34,787 nucleotides of DNA, from contig JYFJ02004099.1 of NCBI GenBank assembly GCA_000934665.2, forward strand, positions 1 to 34,787, in the 5' to 3' direction. Shown piece after piece: positions 1-10,872 of the stretch (the stretch's first letter is position 1; every line of letters starts with the position of its first letter). This DNA is from Catajapyx aquilonaris (Eukaryota). The notes beneath the pieces were generated by a model. The model saw only the letters and a program-made list of their open reading frames with translations. It was not told the origin of the DNA and searched no databases. The translations under genes and the position numbers were made by a program.

Positions 1-135
1 GATTTGGCTGGAAACTATTTTGCAAAAATGTAGACAGTTGTCGATTTCAGATGTGTAAAAATAAAAATTCTGGGGGTGCATTGGAATTTGTCTAATTTAA
101 AAAAAAAACGGAACTTACTTTCTGGATGCGCCTCG
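1..135 (+). mobile_element. 3' end of a mariner (Tc1/mariner) transposon: last transposase codons, poly(A) signal and right TIR
   Basis: Frame 1, 1-33, reads DLAGNYFAKM*, resembling the mariner transposase C-terminus (...G[DN]Y[FV]EK*). AATAAA at 60-65. Reverse complement of 110-137 is TA-CGAGGCGCATCCAGAAAGTAAGTTCC, a mariner-type TIR, with the TA target site at 136-137. Confidence 0.75.
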
Positions 136-239
136 TATCATGCTGCAAGCTGCCTAGGAGAAAAAGCTGCCAATTAGCTGCTTTTATTTTATTATAGGAA
201 TCAGAATTAAGAATTATGCAAATAATATTAAAAGGGAAT

Positions 240-416
240 TAGGGAAAGTATTTACGATATGTATTTAAATACTTCTGTACTTAAATACTCAGAAATGTAT
301 TGAAATACTGTATTTAAATACAGGAAAATCAATGTAGTTATAAATACATATCTAAATACCAAGAAGTATTTAAATACGTATTTAATACATTTGTATTTAA
401 ATACTGCCCATCCCTA
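240..416. mobile_element. hAT-like non-autonomous DNA element / MITE built of GTATTTAAATAC palindromes
   Basis: Perfect 12-bp palindrome GTATTTAAATAC at 261, 310, 366 and 393, with variants at 277, 297 and 378. The array ends in ...TGCCCATCCCTA (reverse complement TAGGGATGGGCA, a hAT-type terminus). Possible degenerate left end TAGGGAAAGTATTT at 240. No TSD seen. Confidence 0.6.
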
Positions 417-2673
417 CAGGTCTTCTGTTGCTCCATATTTTGCTCTCAAGCCCTAATTATTATTATTGTGGCATGACGTCTCTAATTATAGGAAGTAAAA
501 GCTTTTCATTAATTGCGTAATTGTAGATATGAGAAAGTAGTTAAGTAGCATTCGTAGTAGGAGGAAACCTTAAGATCAATCGTTTACTGCTGTGACACAC
601 GTATTGCAATGAAAATAATATGAACACAGTGATTACTTCATCATTAAGAGCATATCTGCTGTTTAGTTGTGTGCAGAGGTGTTTAATCACTTCTGCACTA
701 GTGAATTTTCGTTGACGGTTTTGTTTGGAAAGTGCTTCTGTTACACACAACAGAGTAAGCGTCAAACTTCAAGTGACTTTAATCCGCCCTCAGCGTTTAC
801 GTGGCCATGCACATTTTCAGCCGGATTTAGGTCGCCAGCAGGAATCTCGATGGACACTGAGCTGGTCTGAGTGCGTGGTACTGTACACTGCAAAATTAAT
901 TCGTGTGGGCATTATTTTGCAGACCGCTGGTCTGAAAGGTAGTAACTGTGTCCAACTACTCCAATTGAATGACCCAACAAGGGGCAAAGTGCGGCAGGGT
1001 AGAGAAATGGCTGGAGTAAATTTCTTCGTATACACTTCACACTCAATATATAATATGTTTTGATGTGGTTGACGCTTGCAGCCTTCTCTTTGCCAATACC
1101 ATTTGTCTTGGGCGTAAATCCGACATGATGTGATGTGTCTGAGTCAAATAATGGCGGCATTATGGGAGTAGATTTGCGATTTGACCACAGGGCGTATACT
1201 GTACAGGTCGTTGCGGCGCGTTGGTGCAAGCCAGGATTGAGTTTCCTGAAAGCATATTGGCCTTGTCGATTTCCCCACAGGCCTATTTCTCTCCTCCGCG
1301 GAAGCGAAAGTGAAACCGACTCTAGTCCCAGAGATCAAAAGAACAAGGAAGGGCCTTCGCGCTTGTTTTCCACCACCGCCAGCAACTGAACAAGAGGAAC
1401 CACCAGTAATTACTTATTTGTTTGTTAGAGTGCCTCAGACTCATGCGAAGTGCACACAAGTTTCTCCCCCGGGACTACTCCCGGTGTGATTGAAAAGGAA
1501 GTGCAACTTTGTGCATAAAATATTCGATACAGCTTTCACAAATTCTGACATCAGGCCCAATAAGTGGAAACCATTTACGTAACTTTGATAACAACTCGTT
1601 TTTTACTGTCTTTTCTACTGATGATGCTCGTGAATATTAATCACACGTTTTTAGCTCATTATCAGCGAAAGCAGGCTAAATAGTAGTGGAAACAGAGTGG
1701 AAACGTAAGCTAAACACACAGTCCTGCTATAAGATCAAATTTATGACAAAGTTTATTAACATATTCATTGACGCATATCATCATAATTATATTATTCCCT
1801 AAAATATATTATGTACTGCTCGCTAGCTGCTCTCAACATTTTACAAGCCACCGAACTGAGAGCTTATCAGAGAATCGCAACCTTACATAGGGTACTGTAA
1901 CTCACATGCTCCTAAACCTCACCTGATAGAGCATGATGCTAATGTGGCCTCACGGGTGCGATACTGTACTGGGGCTTTGCTTTGAAGAGATAGAACTGGA
2001 TAGACAGGGCGGGTAATATGTGAGAAAAGATAGGCACACACTGGGTTATCTAACTTCCCCCGAATTGAGCTCGAGGGACGTTTTCCTTCATTCAAAGGGA
2101 CGGCTTTTCCTTAGTTTGAGCGAGTTTAGGAGGCCAAAATTACCGATCCGTAACAAACTGCTAGCAAACACGTTTTACAGAGATTTATATCAAGCGCTTT
2201 TGCAGCACGACAAAGCCATTTAAGTGAATACATCCGCAGTAATTTTTGATGCCAAATTATTTTTTCAGTTTTAATTTGGATTCCGCAACCGTCATGCATC
2301 ACATTGTTGCAAATGTTGCTCGCCATGGTCCTAATCATGCGTATATTGTAATTAGTAGAAACCGCGAAAGGTTTAGTTACTCTTGATGCATAACATGCGG
2401 GTTACACATGAAATGAACTAATAACTTCGTTTAAAAGGCACTTCCTGCCACCGTTGTTTCTTATCCGCGTTGCTGGCATAACACCGTATAAATCTGATAA
2501 ATAACCTTCAAATTTGTTTGAAGTAAACGTAAAAATAACAATATAATTTAAAATGAACTTTTTAAAAACTAGGTATAAGAATACATGTTTTGACACTTGT
2601 GCGCGAGTTTGTTTAATTGTTGCGGTTCTGACGACGAGGTTCTTGATATACTGTATTATACTTTATAAGATGT

Positions 2674-3013
2674 GGGGAGGCGGAGTGGTGCTGCGGTAAC
2701 GTACGCTCCCTCGGATGTTAAAGTGCCAGGTTCGATCCCAGCCCGGGGACACCCCTTTTATCTCGTGCAGAGTTCAGGGTCACCTCTGGCTTCGTCTCGG
2801 GGGGTATTTCCAACAGACTAAACCACCCGGGGGAGTTCACTAAAAATGGCCACGTTTAAGATATTGCACTGCACCTTGCACATCCCCTCCTGTCATCCTG
2901 CCCGTGGGCCCGGGCATTTCAAAAATATGGTCTATGTACTACAAGTTACAATAAAGGTCCGTGTCGCATACTCTATATAGGGTCAGGCACTACCCAGGAA
3001 TGATAATTATTAT
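2674..3013 (+). mobile_element. tRNA-derived SINE (3' boundary approximate)
   Basis: G-rich start, Pol III A-box-like TGGTGCTGCGGT (2686-2697) and B-box GGTTCGATCCC (2729-2739) at tRNA-like spacing. T-stem is broken and there is no clean cloverleaf. A relatively GC-rich body ends in an (ATT)-like tail near 3003-3013. Confidence 0.65.
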
Positions 3014-4820
3014 AAAATTACTGTATAACATGTAATATGGAGAGTGTAAAAAGTAAAGTGACCTTTTCGGAATTCTCCAGCTATGTTCAGGCAGTAGCCT
3101 ATATGAATGGGACCCGGACAATTTTTGGGGTTTGGAAAAGGTCCTATTTAGATGCCCTATCCGATTGCGCAGATCTCGCATTTCCCTTTGTGGGTTTATC
3201 CGATATCATGCAGTTTAAATCTGATAGTGATCCAGAGGTCTGAGTGGTGTGGTAATACCTACGGGTTTGGCCGAATCTGACACGGTAGAACTGCGGTGCA
3301 GGAACCTTTCTTTCATGCTGAGGTTAGCTGAGTTAACTGAAATGTTTAGTTACTTTAGATTTAGTGTGAATTGAATCAGGATTGCGTATTTTTCGCTTTG
3401 AATTTAAATAAATTCAGTCTACTTGCGCCACTTAATTACGCAGAGTGAGAGCACTTTATACTCCTGCATGGAGATGACCTAATAGACATATATACTACTG
3501 AAGTGAATTCGTATTCCCTTGTGCGGAAATTAATAATAACTTACTTCCATTTACATGAGAGTCCATAATTACAAGCCTAACATCATAGCGAGAACCTCAG
3601 GCTGATGTGAGGTAGAGAGAATTGTAGTGTTCATGTCACCCCGGTGTAGAGTAAGTTTATGTGTACTTAGTTTATGATGCCTTGGGCACTGAGGAAATGC
3701 ATGGCCTCTATATGCCTGTCATATACACGACCGGTATGTAATAGTTGAAAGATGGAGCTAACTATAGCATAAAACTATGATTATAAAAAGTTATACGCGG
3801 TGTAATATAGTGAGTAATGTGATTGGCTATAGGTTTATTGGATGAGTCGAAAGCTCGTCCCGTGAGACATCACGTAAAATTCCAATTGCAGTGCAGGCTT
3901 GACCAGAAGTAAATGAAATTTACCCTCGGCTTGACCCGGCCGTCTGGGACCCCCGAACAATTTTAGTGCAGGAGGCAATAAGGGGGGCCCTGCCCAGCCC
4001 TGTCCGCCGCGTCATGCGTGTTTGCATGTATCGATTCCACCTCCCATCTGGAGTCATCAGTGTGTGATCATATCACGGGCCTGTTTCAGAAAATTCCCAA
4101 GGGTAGAGCCTGGTCCATTTTTTCGGAAAGTGAGATGGGGGAAGGAAGGTGTTGTTTGTGCCTAAAATATGTAATTTTCAATCCGTTCATAAGCATATGA
4201 GATTTTTTTTTTCCAAATCTGCATCAGCTAGGACAGAATTTTTGCTCAAACTTCGAAATGCGCTGAATTTGACAAACATTATGTCCAGCAAATATTTCGC
4301 AAGTCATTATGAATCGATGAAGTGCTTACAACTCGTATATGGCAGTGAATGGACTAATTTCCGATTTTTAATGACATTACGTGGAATGGCCCAATAAAGT
4401 ACACGGGAATTTTTCTGCAAATTTTTTATGAATGTTGAAACATTAACTCTTTGTCAAAATTTCAAAAAAATCATATTCAACTGTTGGCAAGTTTAATTGA
4501 AACCGCCAGAGGCGAAGACACACTTGTAATTATTAGGGTACGCATGGAGCAAGAGAAATACTGTAATTGTAGTTTGGAAATGACATGAAAGGTAAGCCGC
4601 TCCTCTATGGACTTTTTGTTTCCAAAAGTAGGACCTGCAGAAACCCACCAGGCAGCCATAATCATAGGTCCATAAGCTCATGTCTAGTATACTGACAGGT
4701 CAGACATCATAATTATACGACATCGTCACTCAGGATATCTTAGTAGTCTATCTGAAAAGTATTCCCAAGGATTCATCCCACATTTATCATGAGTGACGTG
4801 CAATATATTGTAGTATAGGC

Positions 4821-4934
4821 CGAGGGGGAAATCACTATGTTCCTGACTGTAAAACGGACTTACCGACTCTCGGACTTAGGCTGGACTTAGACTGTGTCGG
4901 TGTACAACGAACTTATGAAGTGATTTCCGCCTCG
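4821..4934. repeat. Small inverted-repeat element (MITE-like)
   Basis: CGAGGGGGAAATCACT (4821-4836) and AGTGATTTCCGCCTCG (4919-4934) are reverse complements at 15/16 positions. The spacer has three GGACTTA copies. Confidence 0.5.
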
Positions 4935-6201
4935 TAGTAGGCCCAATGCCCACAAAATGGCAACAATTTAGCACAATTAGTCTGAGAATTTTGAAAGGAA
5001 CAAATCCAAAAGCAAAATACTTTTTCTGCTTCTATCTGTAAGAAACATTGGCTGGGAAATATGAATTTGTCTATCTCAACATTTACCCATACTTTTTGAA
5101 TTTTAAAAAACCAATAATATTATTGTATGGACATACATTCACAACTTCTACCGCATCTACATGCGTGCACTCGCATGTGTATCTAAATTATATGCACACA
5201 TTCCGACCACGTTTTTCTCTAACTGCTCATAAGTCCCCACTATTATAAAAACCCATGGAACTCGGCAGTGTCGCCTGTCGGAACAGGGGCCAATTGGAGG
5301 CGACATGATGGTATAACAATAAGTCCAGGTAACAATGAACGCGGCCAATCGGAACGTGGCGGTAGCTACAATATGGGGGTGGACCAATCAGAGGGTATAA
5401 CCATAGTCCTCAATCATTTTAACATTAGGGCATATAGCTAATTAAATTTATGTATGGATCAGACTATAAAATATTAGGCCTAAACGAGACCAGTTTTAGG
5501 ATCATGTTGATTTATGAATGAATCTTATCTAAAGATACTGAAGAAGCTAATTATGTGTCAGCTACTGTATGCGGTGGCCTAGGGATGTCTACATAATAAT
5601 ATTATAGATCGGTCAACATAAGAACGCAACCGAGTGTGGAGACAGGATGCAATCCTGGAATGAGAAGTGATATGTGCGTAAGCACGATAATTATGATCTG
5701 TTATACTTGGTAGGTTGCATTTGTTTCTGACACTGGCATGGCCATGCAGATCACCGCTGATTCCAGTATTGCATCATGTGAGCCACGGCGATGTACCCAC
5801 ACTCTGTTGCATTCTTATGTTGACCGATCTATAGAACATGACACGACGTATTGAGGCAGTTTTAACCTCACTGTTTGTTTTTGTTAGTCATTTTTTCATT
5901 CTTATTCGTGTGCCAGGATTGCAAGATTATGACTGTACGTTTTCATTCATACCAATATTAATATTACATAGTATATACCGGTATGTAAAAATTATGTTTG
6001 TAATGTTGTGTCAGGATGGCTGTCACCATTAATTTCTTATTTCAAAGACAAAGCTACAGTATATGAATTTATTTTCCAATTATCTGCTCTCCAAACCAAT
6101 GGCTCAAGAATATTAAATTCTGAACATTTTCAGTGAACTTGTTCGATAATTATATTTCCCAATTAAAATCACTACTTTCGCTAGTAGAGTAGTGCTGTTC
6201 C

Positions 6202-6541
6202 CAGTGCCGGATTTACCCCCCCCCCCCNCCCAAATCCCCCCATTGCCGCTTAAAAACTCAATTTTTTTTGTCGAGTTCTCTGCTTAATTTCATTTTATAT
6301 TAGATAAAAATTTATATTTCAACTATTTCAACTTATGCCCGCCCCCGTATAGGGCGGCCTCCCTTAGGCTTTTCTGCCTATAGTGGCAAATCCGGCGGTG
6401 GGAACCCCCCGAAGAAATTTTAGAATTTTACAAAGCTTTCGCCTTTATTTCTTCCTATTATGGTAGCCTATTTGAAAAATATTTATTGCAACTTGCGGCC
6501 GCCCCGAGGCAATTCCCTGCCGAATGGTAAATCCGGCGCTG
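6202..6541. mobile_element. Non-autonomous TIR element (CAG...CTG termini, hAT-like), probably composite
   Basis: CAGTGCCGGATTTACC (6202-6217) and GGTAAATCCGGCGCTG (6526-6541) are inverted repeats at 15/16. An extra right-end-like copy GGCAAATCCGGCGGTG lies at 6385-6400. Poly-C tract with an N at 6228. No clean TSD. Confidence 0.6.
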
Positions 6542-6839
6542 ATTCCAGTCGCGTAATTATTTATTATTACTTATTCGTTTGCCATTTTTTTGTATATGCC
6601 TATATTTTCCGCCCCTTGAAATCTGCCGCCCTAGGAAATAGGTTGCCTTGCCATAAATAGCCTGTTCCTCTGACCTCTGGCCGACTCGCTCGCTCCGCAG
6701 TCAAGGATGTAAAATTTCAATGGTAACAAATGTAATACCGTACTGTACGAGTATTTTGCAACTATGAACACACGCTATTTTTTCAAATGCACTCTATCTA
6801 TAGATGCACACGGTGTTATTTTTACAAATCCGGATCTCC

Positions 6840-7345
6840 TATGCGCTCAATCCGAGATTGATCCGTCTGCTTGTAGTCACTCTTCAGCATCCTAGATGGC
6901 GGGACTGGCCCGGTCCCGACAGAGAGCGCCTCGATCGCTTCTGGTGACGGCGCAACTCAGCCGCGGCCAACACTGGCTCGGGAGGAGATGGAGTCCGCTC
7001 GGCCAGACTACATTAGTCCGTGGAGAGCTCGGTTCGGAGCTAGTGCTGGGCGAGCCCGGGACCGGCTCGGCTGCTTGCTGGAACCAGCCTCATTTACCAT
7101 CGCAATCCGGACGCGTCTAGTCGCCTCTGGTCGCGCTCCAGCTGATCCGGGATTCTGAGCACTCCGTCGCAGCACAGGGCGGCCGCGTCTGAATCGGCAG
7201 TGCGGGTTGGGTGCTGCCTCGGAAGCACACTGATGCTGCTGCGGGTTAAGCGCTGGAGAGTTCGGGTTCTAGTGTTGTGCTCGACATGACTTAGACACTT
7301 CATTCTTTATCTTTAAAAAACGGATTTTAGTTAGAGCGCACCAAG
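6840..7345 (+). promoter_or_regulatory. GC/CpG-rich promoter-proximal region / 5' leader of the furin-like gene
   Basis: Abrupt shift from AT-rich to GC- and CpG-rich sequence directly upstream of the ATG; repeated GCTCGG; YY1-like CAAGATGGCGG overlapping the start codon. The TSS cannot be placed from sequence alone. Confidence 0.55.
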
Positions 7346-7507
7346 ATGGCGGGCGAACTATTGACACTACTGGTGTTGTTGCTCGGATGCTGCGGCGGAA
7401 AGCGGCCCGAGACGGTGTATTTGAACCAGTTCGCTGTGCATGTACCGGCTGGAGAAGAGCATGCACAGCAGGTGGCAGACAAACATGGGTTCACCAACAT
7501 TGGACAG
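7346..7507 (+). CDS. Fur2: First coding exon (54 codons) of a furin-like proprotein convertase (subtilisin/kexin family, arthropod Furin-2 type): signal peptide plus N-terminal part of the S8 pro-domain; gene continues beyond the window
   Basis: Translation MAGELLTLLVLLLGCCGGKRPETVYLNQFAVHVPAGEEHAQQVADKHGFTNIGQ. It shows a hydrophobic signal peptide, then the convertase pro-domain pattern Y-x-N-x-F/W-A-V ... A-x-K-H-G-F-x-N-x-G-Q. From memory, FAVxxPAG/KHGF is closest to insect Fur2. Good start context (aagATGg), in-frame TAG at 7328-7330, and similarity stops exactly at a donor CAG|GTAAAT (7507/7508). The paralog assignment is less certain than the family. Confidence 0.88.
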
Positions 7508-10258
7508 GTAAATCACAGAAGAAGAAGAAAAATGTGGTGGAATGTTATCCGAGCCCCCGATTATTGTGCCAAAACACGCATTGTTCCGGTGGATAGTGCG
7601 AAGGATAACGTTCAATGAGATAAAAAACTTTCCCCCACACTGTGTATGCAAAAGAGGGCGGAAATTATATTTCCAGATATGAGATAAGGCCAGAGAGGCC
7701 TTGAGAGTTACACGTCAGGTGGCAAGAAGTGGATGCGAATATTCGCGAATTTTTGTATACAATTATTTAAAAATGGCGTTCCGACTTAATACTGGCTGTG
7801 AATTGGTGCGAAAGCTTTGGAATATTGCCAATGCTCTTTTGCATGAATACGCACGTTGCCTTATCTGGAATTCGCAAAACCCTGAAAGTCACGGCGAATT
7901 TGATGCAAAAAGCCCCAGCTTCCAAACTTTGTAATCCTCTTGTCAGGATATCGTCCCACCTTCATACGTTGTTGCATTGTTTCCTTTACGTAATTGAGAC
8001 CGCATTGCCAAGGAGTGATTGAAATTCGGTGAAAGCTCATTAAGGCAAAAAGGGCCTTCACTTTCTTTCCTCCTCTGGTTCGGACCACTTTCTTTTTCCG
8101 CAGTCCGGAAAGTTTTGGAGTGAGCTGACGGTAACCGATTTAATGTTCTTGGAAGGTGGAAGGGTGGGCTAAAAACCCTCCGACTCAAAGTCATTTGTTC
8201 AACTCCAGCAACCCTCGAATTAGCTCCAGCGGGGGCCGTTTTCTTTTGAATTTAGATGTGACCTTGAAAAAAAACGGGCGGAACTAGTTAATCAGAAAAG
8301 TTTGAGAAGCGCGCGATGTTTGAAAAATACGGAATAAAAACGGGGCCATTTTCACTTTCGGAGAAGGTAAGGTGGCTATGTAGGTAGGGCAAAATATTGA
8401 GCCTTGGCTTGATCATAAAACTGGCCCTTTGCCAGACAGGTAACGGGGCTTGGCTCGGACCTGAGGAAGCCCCCCTTTTTAATGAGAAACTTGACGCCCC
8501 CTTGAAGAGTAGGTCAGTGGGCCTTCAGTTTCGGACGGTCACACCAAAGTTGTTTTGGATGGCCGCAGGATTTACCGTAGTCTGCGGACTACTGCCCTTG
8601 GCTACTGTGTTTGGATCTGCGTGTTTCTCGGGCTACCGTGTAAGGTCAGCTGGTTCACCGCGCGGGTTATCGGGAAGAGAGTTGTCTACACAGAGGATTG
8701 GAAAAGCCTGACATTAAAGGGGCGATTGGTTGAAGGACGGGTTGACATCAGGTCTGAAAATGTCATAGATTTAACTGTAATACAAAATGATGTCATTACT
8801 AAGAATAACAATGTAAATAATTCTGGTCCGAAATTCGTCGATTTGAACCTCCCTTTATGCGGATAACAATCTATATTTGTGCAAATATGTACAGTGGATT
8901 TATGAACCTGTATTTCGCTGTTTGAAGCGCGCACATTTTGTACATTTTAGCCTTGGGCTTTGCGGTTGTGCTGGCTAAATACATGCAAAATATGCACTGT
9001 CGAGCTTGGACGAAAGAAATGTTTTTTCAGGCGTCACCTAAAAAGTGAATGTAATGCGTTTTGCTGTATTCCTGTTGCCATGTTACGCCGTGCCAATTAA
9101 ATAGTTTGGCTCATGTAATCACAGAAACCTGATCGATCTACACACGCGAGATGGGTGCCAAATAAATAGCGGAATTACACGAGTAAGGTGTGAGAACCTC
9201 ATGTTGCGTTTGGCAGACGTATTTGTGTAACATACTGTTAATGTACAGTACTGTAAACAATGAAATTTGTGGTAGTCCTATGCTCACTTGCTGACTGTCA
9301 GATATGACTTATCGTACATTTTGATTATGTTGATTTCAGCCCTGTATCGGTAATGTTGAAAGCTTGTTCGAGCGAGTTACGAGCAATTTTCTTGCTTCAT
9401 TATAAACGGCTAAATTATGTAAAGCGCGTAACTTGCATTGGTGTAACAGCGGTTGTGCATAAGGAGCCTACTGAAGATTTATTTTCCAGCCTGCTGACTG
9501 TTCAAGTTTTGAAGTGAACAGGTTGCATTATACAGCCGTTTTGAATTATTCAAATTTTACAGTGCCGTAATGTTTTATTAGTCACACTCGGCGCTACTGT
9601 TGTGGCAATATACTATTTTTTTTGCAAATATTTTTATTTGCACGGGCTGGGCGTCTGCCATGTGGAGCACGTGTTTACTGCTGACAAAATACCTTTCCCC
9701 CGAGGTGATAGACTGCTGCTCGGCGCCTAAAATTCAGCAGTCGATAGCCTCTTTCGGGGCAGGCGCCTGAATTCACCTGACAAAGACCAAGTCCCACTCT
9801 GGTCGGTTGTGCAGCACTTGCACCACCCAACGCCATTGAAATTCTTCAGGGGGCCATTTAGCGTTGGGTATCTCGAGTTTCAAGGCAAACACTTTCCCCC
9901 TCCACGTACACAGAATAACACCATGTAGTTTGTCGCCCCCCATACTTGCCCTCCAGAATAAAAAAAAAACCTAAACGTGAAAATGCCATTCATGTCTGGA
10001 TAACATTGATTGATCGTGTGATAAGGCCAGGGTTGAGGTTGACCTGCTCTTCTCTGGCTGGTTCCCTCAGCAGTAATCGATGCTGCTGGCGAGGAATATC
10101 TTTGCGGGATACGAGTCGGAATGGATCGCCCCACTTCCCAGGCTGTGGAGAAATACCTTTCTTTTTATGTCACTTTGGTATCGATAAGGGAGGAATCATT
10201 TTCCGCCGAATTAGACCTTCCTTCTAACCCCGGTTACAATAAGAGAAGGACAGAGAAA

Positions 10259-10282
10259 GAGGAGGAGGAGGAGGAGGAGGAG
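10259..10282 (+). repeat. (GAG)8 microsatellite
   Basis: Directly visible, inside a purine-rich tract. Confidence 0.95.
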
Positions 10283-10848
10283 GAAAAGAAAAAATAACCG
10301 GATTTTCACTGATTCTTATGCCAGACTCGTTTTTCTGATTGTTCTGAATATTTTGCGAAGATTTACGGTATCAATCATTGCTTAAATTGATTTTTAATCT
10401 TATGAATAATATGCAGAACCGCAAAATGTCAATTCAAAAGATAAGGGAAATAAACAGCAACATTATTGTAATCCGTGTAAATATTTATACAAATGTTGTC
10501 AAAACCTGTACAACAAATTGTGATGCGAAACAATATGAAAGGGTGTAAATTATTACCTGAATATAGAAATTATGTGATATAGTGAAACAGTTTATAGTGT
10601 ATGCAATATAGAAATTCCATACAGTAAATCTCGTTGTATGATGGCAAATTAATAGATTCAAAATTATTGGTATCTCATACCCATACATAATTATAATTAT
10701 CTTCATATTCCGAGTTTCCCTGAAGCCGGCCTAAGAATTAGTTCGTATTTTTAAAAATGTGAAACCAATGCTGATGTATAAGAGAGGTCGCCTTTCAAAA
10801 CTCCAAACAGTTGTTAAATGAATAAATGAATAAATAAATAATTGCGAT

Positions 10849-10872
10849 GTTGTTGTTGTTGTTGTTGTTGTT
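10849..10872 (+). repeat. (GTT)8 microsatellite
   Basis: Directly visible; preceded by a short AATA/AATG repeat at ~10816-10841. Confidence 0.95.

Noticed and set aside
1281..1405. Possible exon (TTTCCCCACAG acceptor, open frame ...EAKVKPTLVPEIKRTRKG...PPPPATEQEEPP, GTAATT donor)
   Set aside because: No recognisable homology and no neighbouring exons; needs RNA-seq or BLASTX support.
2674..2755. Functional tRNA gene
   Set aside because: A and B boxes are present but the T-stem is mispaired and no acceptor/anticodon cloverleaf forms; better explained as a SINE head.
3608..3629. let-7-like TGAGGTAG
   Set aside because: Only the first 8 nt match let-7 and there is no pre-miRNA hairpin.
3991..4392. 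Isolated TIR-like ends (TGCCCAGCCCTG at 3991-4002; GTGGAATGGCCC at 4381-4392)
   Set aside because: Probably transposon debris, but no partner TIR or TSD was found, so boundaries cannot be supported.
7346..7618. 90-aa ORF as a complete gene
   Set aside because: Convertase similarity ends at the GT donor at 7508; the remainder is intron read-through.
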